Shown: positions 1 to 9,400 of the stretch, piece after piece | Position numbering within the stretch: position 1 is the first letter of the stretch | Layout of the letters: each line of letters opens with the position of its first letter | IMG/VR virus record: IMGVR_UViG_3300033273_000398 | DNA length: 64,000 bases | Strand: one strand, 5' to 3' | Origin: an uncultured virus (IMG/VR IMGVR_UViG_3300033273_000398) | Taxonomy: Duplodnaviria; Heunggongvirae; Uroviricota; Caudoviricetes | Program-made: the position numbers and the translations under genes | The notes under the pieces: generated by a model | The model's input: the letters and a program-made list of their open reading frames with translations, nothing else | Database searches by the model: none | Told to the model about the DNA's origin: nothing

Positions 1-628
1 GTCTTGTGTTAGTGTTAGTGCTTCTAAAAGCAGAGCGTCATTTAAAGACATTTGCGAGGAGGATAGGTTTTTCATTATCCTTTCTATAAGAGATTTGACT
101 TTCCCAGAGCCTGAAAACGCACTAAAGGTTAATTTTACAGCTAAAAGCGGAAATCAGTACGACATTGAAATTAAAAGAGACTATTTTAAGTACTTTACAA
201 TTCCAGATGAATTAGAAAAGTACTACGATCCTGAGCTAAGAGGATTCTTGGTTAAGACCAGATCTTACGGTGAGATATTTATGAAGCCGCCATGCATTGG
301 AATTATGCAAGAGGTTACTAAGTATATCAAAGATAAGCAGGAGAAAGGAATTAACATAGACCAGTCAGTTCTGCAGATAGTTCCTTTTATAAGCACAGAT
401 TGGAGAAACTTTAACCAGAAAAAGATCTTTGAAATGGAGGTCGAGATGAATGGATGGGATAACACTAAATACTCTCTGATCTACAGATTAGCAGAGAAAA
501 TGAAAATCGGAATACAGCCCGAGATGAATGTTGCTGTGGAGGGGGAGGAGACCTCCGTTCCCATTAACTTTCGCGACGGCATCAAATCTATTTTCATTGT
601 TCAAGATTTCTCTGGAGAACTTCTTTAA
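1..628 (+). CDS. T4 gp26-like baseplate hub / tail assembly protein (5' truncated)
   Basis: Frame is open from window position 2 (SCVSVSASKS...DRFFIILSIRDLTF). The D-x-F-x-x-L-x-IR motif and C-terminal DGIKSIF resemble gp26-like proteins. It lies upstream of gp51-like and tape-measure genes. Confidence 0.6.
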   Translation, partial: SCVSVSASKSRASFKDICEEDRFFIILSIRDLTFPEPENALKVNFTAKSGNQYDIEIKRDYFKYFTIPDELEKYYDPELRGFLVKTRSYGEIFMKPPCIGIMQEVTKYIKDKQEKGINIDQSVLQIVPFISTDWRNFNQKKIFEMEVEMNGWDNTKYSLIYRLAEKMKIGIQPEMNVAVEGEETSVPINFRDGIKSIFIVQDFSGELL

Positions 629-842
629 GACAAAGTTCTACATTTATCTTAAACTACACATACAGCCTTCAGAACTGGAGGCAATGGAATACTACGAGTT
701 CCACTATCTTGTTAAGGACCTTGTTGAACATATCAAGGAAGAGAATAAGAAGAATGAGGAACAGAATGAAGCATACAAGGGAGCTGCAATGCCAAAGGTA
801 CCTAATTTAAAGGTTCCTAGCATGAACATTCCTAAGTTCTAA
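528..842 (+). CDS. T4 gp51-like baseplate hub assembly catalyst / tail chaperone second frame (true start uncertain)
   Basis: SLENFFKTKF...SELEAMEYYE...LVEHIKEEN resembles the gp51-like pattern LENYYKTNF...ELENM.PWE...HIEEEN. It overlaps the upstream ORF in the +1 frame. Confidence 0.65.
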   Translation: MLLWRGRRPPFPLTFATASNLFSLFKISLENFFKTKFYIYLKLHIQPSELEAMEYYEFHYLVKDLVEHIKEENKKNEEQNEAYKGAAMPKVPNLKVPSMNIPKF

Positions 843-844
843 AA

Positions 845-872
845 GGATAGGGGTTAATGCCCCTATCTTTTT
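845..872 (+). terminator. Rho-independent terminator
   Basis: GATAGGGG-ttaatg-CCCCTATC hairpin followed by a T run. Confidence 0.75.
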
Positions 873-873
873 G

Positions 874-885
874 GATATATAAATA
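874..885 (+). promoter_or_regulatory. Putative late promoter (GATATATA, overlapping TATAAATA)
   Basis: One of about 15 GATA(T/A)ATA motifs lying just upstream of + strand genes. Confidence 0.6.
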
Positions 886-921
886 GATCAAAAATAGACA
901 ATCCTACGGGTCTGTTAACTT

Positions 922-3636
922 ATGAATACAAAACTATTTGGTTTATTACTTAGTCCTATTTCAAGACTAGAAGCTATCGCTGTAGATAACAATGAAAAGC
1001 TTACTAGTATTGAATTACTTACGATGGATGTAAAGAATATACAATCCGATACTGCGACTGAGCTTAAGAAGCAGACTACTATTCTTGGGGATATTAAGAA
1101 ACTTATAGAAGAAAGTTCTAAGGATAAAGAAAAGGAAATGGCGAAGGGCGCTGGATTTAAGCCCTTAAGTATTAAGGAAACAGGACTCGCTGCATTTATG
1201 ATAGTAGGGATATCTGCGGCTATAGTTGCATCTGCCCTTCTATTTTCATTTATACCGGCAGTTACTCCAATGCAAATGTTAACAGCAGCATTAATAGCAG
1301 TTACATTTGTGGCCGTGGCACCTGCATTTGTAAAGATAGCAGGTGTTCTTAGTAAAATGAAAGGTGAAACATCGGCTAGCTATAAAGGAATGTCAATGTC
1401 AAAAGTAGATTCTAGTGGTATTTTACCATTAGTTGCAGGGTCTCTAATCGCAATGGTAGGAATATCTGCTGCGATAGCTATTTCTTCATTGATATTACAG
1501 CTTGTAGTTCCGGTTCATCCTATAAAGCTTTTAACTGCACTTTTGATAGGGACTGCTATGATAGGAGCATCTTATGCATTTGCTAAGATAATAGAGAATA
1601 TGAAAGGCATGGGCATGAAAGAAGTACTTATGGCTACTGGCGCTTTAGTTCTTATTTCAGGAGCTATAGTCTTGTCAAGTATTATACTATTAGCAACCGC
1701 AGTGCCTAGCGCAATGCAAATGCTATCTTTCTTATTAGTAGGCGCAATTATGATACCTGCGACATACGCATTCTCTCTTTTATTAAAGAATATGAAAGGC
1801 ATGGGCATGAAAGAAGTACTTATGGCTACTGGATCTCTTGTCCTTATTTCAGGGGCAATTGTTTTAGCAAGTATAATAATGTTAGGTACTGCTATTCCTA
1901 GTCCTATGCAGATGTTATCATTCTTAATAGTAGGCGCAATTATGATACCGGCTACATATGCATTCTCACTCTTATTAAAGAACATGAAGGGAATGGGTGT
2001 AAAAGAAATCTTACTAGCTGCAGCATCTATGGTATTAATAGCAGGTGCAATAGTCGCAGTTGGTCATATATTTACTTTATATCCGGGTGATCCTTCTAAT
2101 TTACCAGGGGTTAAGTTTGCATTCCTATCAGGTTTGGTTATATTTACATTCTCGTTTGCATTTGCATTACTTGCTAAATCTTTAAAAGGAGTTTCATTTA
2201 AGGATATGGCAAAAGCAGTTGTTTCTATAGCACTTGTAGCGATAGCAATTGTTGGAGTAGCTTACATATTCCAATATCTTGCAAGCGTAGGAGGATATGT
2301 TGCCCCTCCAGCAGATTGGTCATTAAAGTCAGGACTTGCTCTTGTTATATTCTCAGCTGGATTTGGAGTAATAGCATTATTAACAAAGACCTTAGGAATT
2401 AAAAATATGTTTATGGGTCTATTAGGAACTGCGGTTGTCGCGCTTGGTATATTGGCTACTGCATGGATATTTAGCGCAATGCCAGATACATTTATTGCAC
2501 CTCCTATAGATTGGACGTTAAAGACTATGGTAGCTATGGCCCTATTTGCTGTACCAATAACTATTATAGGGGCTATTGCAATGTCGGGTGCTGGAGCTGC
2601 CGCTATACTATTAGGGGTTGTAGGAATGATAGTTATTGCCGCTGGTATATGGGTAGTTGCATGGATCTTTAGTAAGCTGCCTGATTTAACTTCAGTTTCA
2701 CAAATGCTTACTGATGCTCTTTTAACTCCAGTCAATGGAATCGTGGATGTTCTTGCTAGACTTAAAAATGAAGTTGGGGTTGAGAATCTTCTTCCTCTTG
2801 CAGGCGGTATAGTTGCAATAGCAGGTTCTCTATTAATACTTGCAGGTGCAATGGCCGGTACGGCTGCGGCTGGTGTTTTCCAGTCTTTGGGCAATGTAGT
2901 TAGCGGCGTTTTAGACTTTTTTAGTGGAAAACAAACAAAAGGTCCTATTGATATTCTTAAAGACCTTATTGCAATTGCACCGAGTCTACCCAAGTTATCT
3001 CAGCCGCTAGATATGATTGCTAATGCAATGAATGATGCTGATATTACAAATATGGTAGACAACCTAACTAAAATAGCAACGGCCATAAAGGCTACCGCAA
3101 TACAAGGGGCACAAGATCCTAATGTAACTACTACGATAGACAGACTAAGAGAGTTATCTAAGATGAGCTTTAAGGACCAGATAGAGGACCTAGAAGCTAT
3201 TGCTAAGGCATATAATAAAATAGCAGATACGACTAACAAGATAAATGTAGAAGCAATGGATTCTACTACGAATATGTTTAAGGCGTTAGCGTATCTCTCT
3301 CAAAATGGAGGTAAGACTGCGATTGAAGCACTTGGTGAGAACTTAATAGAGGCTGTTGAAGAATTGGCTAGTATGATTGCTGATTTTGAAGGAACGGTTA
3401 AAGACCAATCTGCTAGTAACAGAGGAGTAGCTGAACAATTTGGAGGACTTACCGATTCTATAAAGAGTTCTGTTGGTTCTTTCTTCGGTGGCGGTGGTTC
3501 TAAAGAGGCTTCGCCTGCTGAAAACAATGCAGAAGTTGCTAGACAAATGAGAAAGCTAGTTAAGATGTTACAAAGTGGAGATGCCAAGATTGTTATCGCA
3601 GATGTAAATGATTCTGCGGCACAAAAACTAGCTTAA
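922..3636 (+). CDS. Tail tape-measure-like protein
   Basis: 904 aa, Ala/Gly/Ile-rich with hydrophobic helical repeats; directly follows tail-chaperone-like genes. Confidence 0.7.
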   Translation: MNTKLFGLLLSPISRLEAIAVDNNEKLTSIELLTMDVKNIQSDTATELKKQTTILGDIKKLIEESSKDKEKEMAKGAGFKPLSIKETGLAAFMIVGISAAIVASALLFSFIPAVTPMQMLTAALIAVTFVAVAPAFVKIAGVLSKMKGETSASYKGMSMSKVDSSGILPLVAGSLIAMVGISAAIAISSLILQLVVPVHPIKLLTALLIGTAMIGASYAFAKIIENMKGMGMKEVLMATGALVLISGAIVLSSIILLATAVPSAMQMLSFLLVGAIMIPATYAFSLLLKNMKGMGMKEVLMATGSLVLISGAIVLASIIMLGTAIPSPMQMLSFLIVGAIMIPATYAFSLLLKNMKGMGVKEILLAAASMVLIAGAIVAVGHIFTLYPGDPSNLPGVKFAFLSGLVIFTFSFAFALLAKSLKGVSFKDMAKAVVSIALVAIAIVGVAYIFQYLASVGGYVAPPADWSLKSGLALVIFSAGFGVIALLTKTLGIKNMFMGLLGTAVVALGILATAWIFSAMPDTFIAPPIDWTLKTMVAMALFAVPITIIGAIAMSGAGAAAILLGVVGMIVIAAGIWVVAWIFSKLPDLTSVSQMLTDALLTPVNGIVDVLARLKNEVGVENLLPLAGGIVAIAGSLLILAGAMAGTAAAGVFQSLGNVVSGVLDFFSGKQTKGPIDILKDLIAIAPSLPKLSQPLDMIANAMNDADITNMVDNLTKIATAIKATAIQGAQDPNVTTTIDRLRELSKMSFKDQIEDLEAIAKAYNKIADTTNKINVEAMDSTTNMFKALAYLSQNGGKTAIEALGENLIEAVEELASMIADFEGTVKDQSASNRGVAEQFGGLTDSIKSSVGSFFGGGGSKEASPAENNAEVARQMRKLVKMLQSGDAKIVIADVNDSAAQKLA
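1596..1998 (+). repeat. 192-nt (64-aa) tandem repeat inside the tape-measure gene
   Basis: GAATATGAAAGGCATGGGCATGAAAGAAGTACTTATGGCTACTGG occurs at 1596 and 1788, with a third diverged start near 1980. Confidence 0.85.
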
Positions 3637-3638
3637 AT

Positions 3639-3668
3639 TGAAACTTTAGGGTTAGCATCCAGTATAAC
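3639..3668 (+). promoter_or_regulatory. Putative ECF-type (middle) promoter TGAAAC-N18-TATAAC
   Basis: The same motif occurs at 36403, 50841 and 62506. Confidence 0.55.
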
Positions 3669-3687
3669 ATGTGTATGTTAAACGAAT

Positions 3688-3769
3688 GCGGATGTGGTGG
3701 AATTGGTAGACACGCTAGTTTTAGGCACTAGTGTCGCAAGACGTGAAGGTTCGAGTCCTTTCATCCGCA
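3688..3769 (+). tRNA. tRNA-Leu(TAG)
   Basis: Cloverleaf with anticodon arm CTAGT-TTTAGGC-ACTAG, long variable arm and GGTTCGAGTCC T-arm. Confidence 0.95.
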
Positions 3770-3783
3770 CTAATTTTTAATAT

Positions 3784-3857
3784 GCGCCTGTAGCTCAGTT
3801 GGATAGAGCATCTGCCTTCTAAGCAGACGGTCTCAGGTTCGAATCCTGACAGGCGTA
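3784..3857 (+). tRNA. tRNA-Arg(TCT)
   Basis: Anticodon arm TCTGC-CTTCTAA-GCAGA; canonical D and T arms. Confidence 0.95.
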
Positions 3858-3875
3858 CAAATAAATCAAAGAAAG

Positions 3876-4118
3876 ATGTTAGGTGCATCATATAAAGTAG
3901 AAGTTGTTGAATACCAACTAGAAGGTGATCTTACGGTCTATAAGATTGTAGAAAAGCATTACTTTCTCGGAATCAGATGCTACAAAGAAGAGCATAAGGC
4001 AGTATTAAGAGACCTAGAGTACGCTAAGAAAATCGCAGATAAAGTATCGACTAGAATTTATAAAGAGTATTCTCGCGATGTTCTTAGTAAGAAACCTGTA
4101 CATACTATAAAGGGATGA
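3876..4118 (+). CDS. Hypothetical protein
   Basis: 80-aa ORF with ATGA overlap to the next ORF. Confidence 0.6.
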   Translation: MLGASYKVEVVEYQLEGDLTVYKIVEKHYFLGIRCYKEEHKAVLRDLEYAKKIADKVSTRIYKEYSRDVLSKKPVHTIKG

Positions 4119-4267
4119 AAAAGAAAGACATAGTAAACCGTCTTCTAGAAGAAAAAGCGATTTCACCAGAAGAAGCAAACGTGCTTATGGGTGAAACAAG
4201 CGTTCCTTTTCATACTATAAGTAAGACAACTAATCAGGATATTAACTACATTTATCATGAAGCGTAA
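4115..4267 (+). CDS. Small hypothetical protein (50 aa, below ORF-track cutoff)
   Basis: MKKKDIVNRLLEEKAISPEEANVLMG...; overlaps both neighbours. Confidence 0.55.
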   Translation: MKKKDIVNRLLEEKAISPEEANVLMGETSVPFHTISKTTNQDINYIYHEA

Positions 4268-4403
4268 TAAGCGTAAGTCAAAAGATCTTGAATACGATCC
4301 AATTGAACGCAAGCGTAAACTAAGCTTGAAAAAACAAGTAAAGCAACGTAAACAGTCAGATGACTGGGATAACTGGGAAGAAGAAATGGACTATGATGTA
4401 TAA
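4257..4403 (+). CDS. Small basic/acidic hypothetical protein (48 aa)
   Basis: MKRNKRKSKDLEYDPIERKRK...DDWDNWEEEMDYDV; fills the gap and overlaps the next start. Confidence 0.55.
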   Translation: MKRNKRKSKDLEYDPIERKRKLSLKKQVKQRKQSDDWDNWEEEMDYDV

Positions 4404-4860
4404 GTACCTATCTCTAGCATTAGCTTTTTTTGTATCAACTAGTCTTTTTGGACAGTTTAAGCCTACTAAAGATACTTTTTCAAAAGTCTATAACAGAGTA
4501 AATACACTCGTTTATGATGATGTATACCTTGACTATATGCCAAGTCAAAGTACACAATATTTAGGTGAATTCTTTTTTAATGTTTCTTTTCCATCATCTG
4601 CTGGGCTTGATTCGCTTTACGGTGTCGTTCTCTATGACTTAGATCAAGGGCCTGTATATTTCTTTAGTTACGCAGGAGAACCTTATGAAGGATCTGAGAT
4701 TACAATGCATGAATACTTATCATATCCTGTTTACATTTTTGAAGCAGCAGACGATAAGTGGAAATACTTTGATTCTGGAGTACTAAACTATTACACAAGA
4801 GGCCCTGAAAGTTACTTAGAAGTACAAATGGGTCCTATAATTTTACAGTATTTACCATGA
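4393..4860 (+). CDS. Secreted hypothetical protein
   Basis: Signal peptide MMYKYLSLALAFFVSTSLFG-Q; start moved from 4360 to 4393. Confidence 0.65.
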   Translation: MMYKYLSLALAFFVSTSLFGQFKPTKDTFSKVYNRVNTLVYDDVYLDYMPSQSTQYLGEFFFNVSFPSSAGLDSLYGVVLYDLDQGPVYFFSYAGEPYEGSEITMHEYLSYPVYIFEAADDKWKYFDSGVLNYYTRGPESYLEVQMGPIILQYLP

Positions 4861-5330
4861 AGCTAATTTTAGTGGGAAAGGGTGCAGCGGGGAAAGACCA
4901 CCTAAAGAAAAGACTAGTATCAAAGGGATTCATTGCAGGAATTAGCTGCACAACTAGACCCCCGAGGCCTAATGAGGTTGAGGGGGTAGATTATTATTTT
5001 TTAAGTCGTTCTGAATTTGAAAGAATGCTAGAAGCAGGTGAGATGTTAGAACACATGGAATTTAATGGATGGTTCTATGGGATGACTGCTGATGAGTTTG
5101 AAAAGAGCGACGTTATGATTATGTCTAAGGATGGATTAGATATTTTGCCTAAAGAATACAGGGAAAGATGTATGGTTATCTATTTAGACGTAGATCGTAT
5201 TACAAGACTGAAAAGGCTCGAGGAGAGAAACGATATAAATGATTCAATCTGGCGTAGAATGGAAACTGATGATGAACAGTTTAAGGACTTTAAAGACTAT
5301 GATTTACGCATTAAGAATGATGATTTTTGA
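4857..5330 (+). CDS. gmk: Guanylate kinase
   Basis: GKGAAGKD P-loop, TTRPPRPNEVEGVDYYF and EFNGWFYG signature motifs. Confidence 0.9.
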   Translation: MKLILVGKGAAGKDHLKKRLVSKGFIAGISCTTRPPRPNEVEGVDYYFLSRSEFERMLEAGEMLEHMEFNGWFYGMTADEFEKSDVMIMSKDGLDILPKEYRERCMVIYLDVDRITRLKRLEERNDINDSIWRRMETDDEQFKDFKDYDLRIKNDDF

Positions 5331-5368
5331 TGATATATAGAAAAACAGTTTTTTTAAAATTTTAAAAT

Positions 5369-5893
5369 ATGCAAACACTAGAAGAGCTAAAGTCACGTCG
5401 TGAAGAGCTAGAAACAAAGGCTAACGAGGTGCAAAAACAACATGCTGAGCATGAATTTTCTATTAACCTTGAAGACAAAAAGATGATGAAAACTTTAATG
5501 AGTCATCTTGACAAAGGTTACACTTGGAAAACTGCAAATGCAGCAGTCGTAGTTACCCTTTATGATAAATTAAAATCACAACATGCAACTGCCGTTAAAG
5601 ATGATTCTGTAGCAGTTAGCGTCAAACTTAGAGGCCATGAACTAAATGGACTTTACCAGGCGCTTCTTAATGTAGAGGGAACCGGCGTTGAAAACGCTAG
5701 ACGTTTTATTAGAATGCTTACTATCGTGGGCGAAACAGTTACTGATGCAATGGCAGTCCTTGCTGAGATGAACTCTGAGATTCACTCGCTACACCAAGAA
5801 CTACAAGAGATTGACATGAAAATCGATGAGATGTCAGTTGATGTAGTATCAGATGAGGAACTAGAGCTGGTGAAAGATGAAGCAGAAAAGTAA
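5369..5893 (+). CDS. Hypothetical coiled-coil protein
   Basis: 174 aa; preceded by GATATATA at 5332. Confidence 0.7.
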   Translation: MQTLEELKSRREELETKANEVQKQHAEHEFSINLEDKKMMKTLMSHLDKGYTWKTANAAVVVTLYDKLKSQHATAVKDDSVAVSVKLRGHELNGLYQALLNVEGTGVENARRFIRMLTIVGETVTDAMAVLAEMNSEIHSLHQELQEIDMKIDEMSVDVVSDEELELVKDEAEK

Positions 5894-6413
5894 GAGTCAA
5901 AAGAGAATCGATCTCATATCGCTTATAAACGAAGCGATAACACATGACGATATCTTTAAGACAATCGATTACAAAAAGCAGTCTGAGGATAAGATAAAGC
6001 AGTTTATCTTTCCACATTTAGTAGATACCTTAGCAGAAAGCTTGGTAGACCGAAAGGGTATGACTAAAGAGGTTGCTAAAGGATATGTAAAAAGATGTCT
6101 TAAATGGGAAGGTAACGTTAATACGGTAGTTAGCCATATACTATTTATGGGTACGCAGAATAGACCTGACATGATATTAGATATGGACGGTCTAAAGATT
6201 GCAATAGAGTTTAAAGTAGGAGATAAGGGAAGCGATCTTAGATGTGGTATAGGACAATCAATGATTTATTCAACACACTACGATTTCGTAATATGTCTTA
6301 TGATAGATACATCAGAAGATAAAAGGATTCTTAACTCCAGAGGGGGCGTTAATGAAACTAATTTCGTGGACCTATTGTGGAATAAATTCAATATCAAATT
6401 TACAGTAATCTGA
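5877..6413 (+). CDS. PD-(D/E)XK nuclease-fold protein
   Basis: RPD...IAIEFK...GIGQ...Y motif arrangement. Confidence 0.6.
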   Translation: MKQKSKSQKRIDLISLINEAITHDDIFKTIDYKKQSEDKIKQFIFPHLVDTLAESLVDRKGMTKEVAKGYVKRCLKWEGNVNTVVSHILFMGTQNRPDMILDMDGLKIAIEFKVGDKGSDLRCGIGQSMIYSTHYDFVICLMIDTSEDKRILNSRGGVNETNFVDLLWNKFNIKFTVI

Positions 6414-6436
6414 ATCAAATAAACTAAGACATAAAA

Positions 6437-9400
6437 ATGAAAAGAATTTTACTACTACTAACTGCGTTTGTCTTTTCAATAGGACTTAACGCACAGCTTA
6501 TACCTCCGGCTACTTCTCCGACGCTTCAGTCAATTGAGAAGTCAGTTGATACAAAGGTAAAAACAATTGCAGATAACAGATCAAAGGGCATACTTAAGTC
6601 AGGAATTGATAGAGTACCTGTTGTGGTTCATATTATTCACCGAGGTGAACCTATTGATTTTAATGACAGAGTTATAGAGCAACCATATGGTGCTAATATA
6701 TCATATGACCAGATTGTGTCTTCTATTGATAATCTAAATGACAGATTTGCTAATACATGGGTAAACTATTGGGAAGATCCCATAGAAGATGTAAACGCAA
6801 GACAGTCTCGTTCTGTTAATTCACAAGTTCAGTTTTCTTTTGCTAAAAGAAACCCAGAAGGAGGACCTACTGACGGTATCATAAGACATAATATTAATAA
6901 CATTGGCCTAGAAGAAGCTGAGGTTATAAAATTTATGGAAGAAGGTATCAATATCTTAGGATATGAAGGAACCGGATCTGATAAGGGTGCTAGCGAGATT
7001 GCTATTAAGGAAGCTGTAGGATGGGATCCTGATAAGTATGTGAATATTTATGTTGTTCCTGAAATAATGGACAATAACTCAACATGTGGAGTTGTTTGGC
7101 ATTCTACATTCCCTAATGAAAATAATAGTCAAGGAACAAGGGATGGTATTATAATTCAGGCAAATAGAATGGGTTATGGTGCGCATACCGGCTCTCTAAA
7201 AGGTTTGAATATAGATTTAGTACAGGCAATGGGTCAGTATTTAATGCTTTACCCAGTTTGGTATGGAAATATGACATGCGATGACGCAATCGATGCTTAT
7301 AATGCAGGTCAAGAAGATCCAACATATTGTGAAACAAACGGAGACCACGTTTGTGATACTGATCCAATTCCATGGGGATGTAACTCAAATTGTTTAGAGG
7401 ATCCATGTGCTACTTTACAAAATAATCCAATGCCAGCTGGATGGGAAAGTACAACTACAAACTACATGTATCCTTTGGGTAGTAATTTCTGCCCAGATCA
7501 CTTTACACAGGGCCAGATTGACAGAATGCAAGCATGCTTAGAAGGACCTAGAAATAGTCTTATTACTAATAGTGATGTTTTAAACCCCTTAAGCGTATAT
7601 GATTTAAAGGCAGATATAAGTATAGAAAGAACGTGCTATGATAATTATAAGCCTACTGTTGTAGTTACTAATACTGGATTTAATGATGTAACAAACTATA
7701 CAGTTTCAGTAGACATTACTAGTTTAGGAATTTCTATGTCATTTGATGAAAATGATTTAGGTCCTATATTAACAGGAACGACTTTAAACATCCCATTTCC
7801 TGAGCTAGTAATTCCAAATAATGGATTTTATAGCGTAGTTGCAAATGCAAGTATAACGACCGATGGGGTTCTAGAACCATTTACTGCTAATAATACAAAG
7901 ACTTATCCATTAACAAAGTACGCTGATGGATTTATAAACATAACAGCAACATATAGGGGCACATCAGGTGCACCTCTATATTCTATTAGAAATACAGATA
8001 GTGGAGATCTCGTCTTGGACACAAAGAAGGTTTTTAATAACATAGCATTTTCAAATAGAGAAGATATTCACGCTAACATTTTCTCTTTTGCAGGATTTTT
8101 AGAATATGGTGGACAATTAGCAGAGGAATACGGTATAGATGGTAATATAGCACCGAACGTAACTTATTGGATAGGAAATTCAGGTCCAGTAGATGAGCTT
8201 CCATATAATACGGTTACAGCAAGATACTATCTACCGCCCGGCAACTATGCAATTGCAATGTCTGCTAATAGAGTGACTTCAAATAGCGGTCTTTTTAGTA
8301 TATTCTCAACATATGGATGCGATCCAGCGCCAGATGGCACTGGATGTGAGCTAACTGTAGACGCATTAAGTGATCTTTTAACAGAACTAGATAGATTGTA
8401 TACTTTAAACGAATATTCTGGCCTTGATCCAGCAACAGGATCAAACCCATACGAATATTCTGCTGAATATGTAGAAATACCGTTTACTGTAGTAAATAAC
8501 AATAACTATTCAGAATCATGTTGCGTAGATTCTAATAGCGATGGCATATGTGACGGGTTTACTCTAGATGAATTAGATCCTAGTGTCACTATTCTTAAAG
8601 ATCCTAATCCACAGCCGACATCTCTTACTATGGGTGCCGTAGTTAATCGGGAAGGGGTTTCTCAGTTACTAGATGTTGAATTTCAGCTAGCAACCGATCC
8701 TGCATTTACAAATTTAATAGCTACTGAGTTAGTACCATATTCACAAGTAAATGAAGAGTACTTTCTTCTAAAGAAAGAAATATCGGTTGAAATAACAGGA
8801 CTTACTGAAGATACACAGTATTATGGTAGAGTTCGTATAAACGATAGAGGCCAAAATTATTACAGTTCCCTTATTGCAGAAAGAACTACGGTTGACGCAT
8901 GCGGTGGAGCATCTTCTATAACCTTTAACGGAAGAGACTATCCCCTTGTTACTATAGGTAATCAGTGTTGGTTTGCAAAGAACCTACAAAGTGATAGATT
9001 AGCTGCTAGCGCAGGAGGAACATCTCTAACAGATGGAACTCTTGCATTAGATTGGTGGACAGCCTTAGGAAACGGAGGTACTCCTGCATTTGCAGCAGTA
9101 GATGGACTAAATAATACTCAATTATGGGACAACGGGTACGGTTATTTTTATAACGTTACTGCTGCTATGACTGACGGATTGTGTCCTGATGGATTTAGAG
9201 TTCCTTATAATGCGGACTGGATGCAGCTTGATACTGCTTTAGGACTTATTAAAACCGGAACAAAATTAATGATAGAGTCAAGAGGAGGAACCAACTCTAC
9301 TGGATTTAGCGATGTTCTTGCAGGAAGAAGATATGCTGCAGGCGGATCAACTGTAATTGATAATCCAGCGACCGGTACCGTAAGTGATAATAACCAAGGC

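Noticed and set aside
1572..3587. Long minus-strand ORFs (e.g. 2262-2993, 243 aa) and other antisense ORFs across the window
   Set aside because: They are shadows of + strand genes with biased codon usage; they have no recognisable motifs, and all promoters and terminators point to the + strand.
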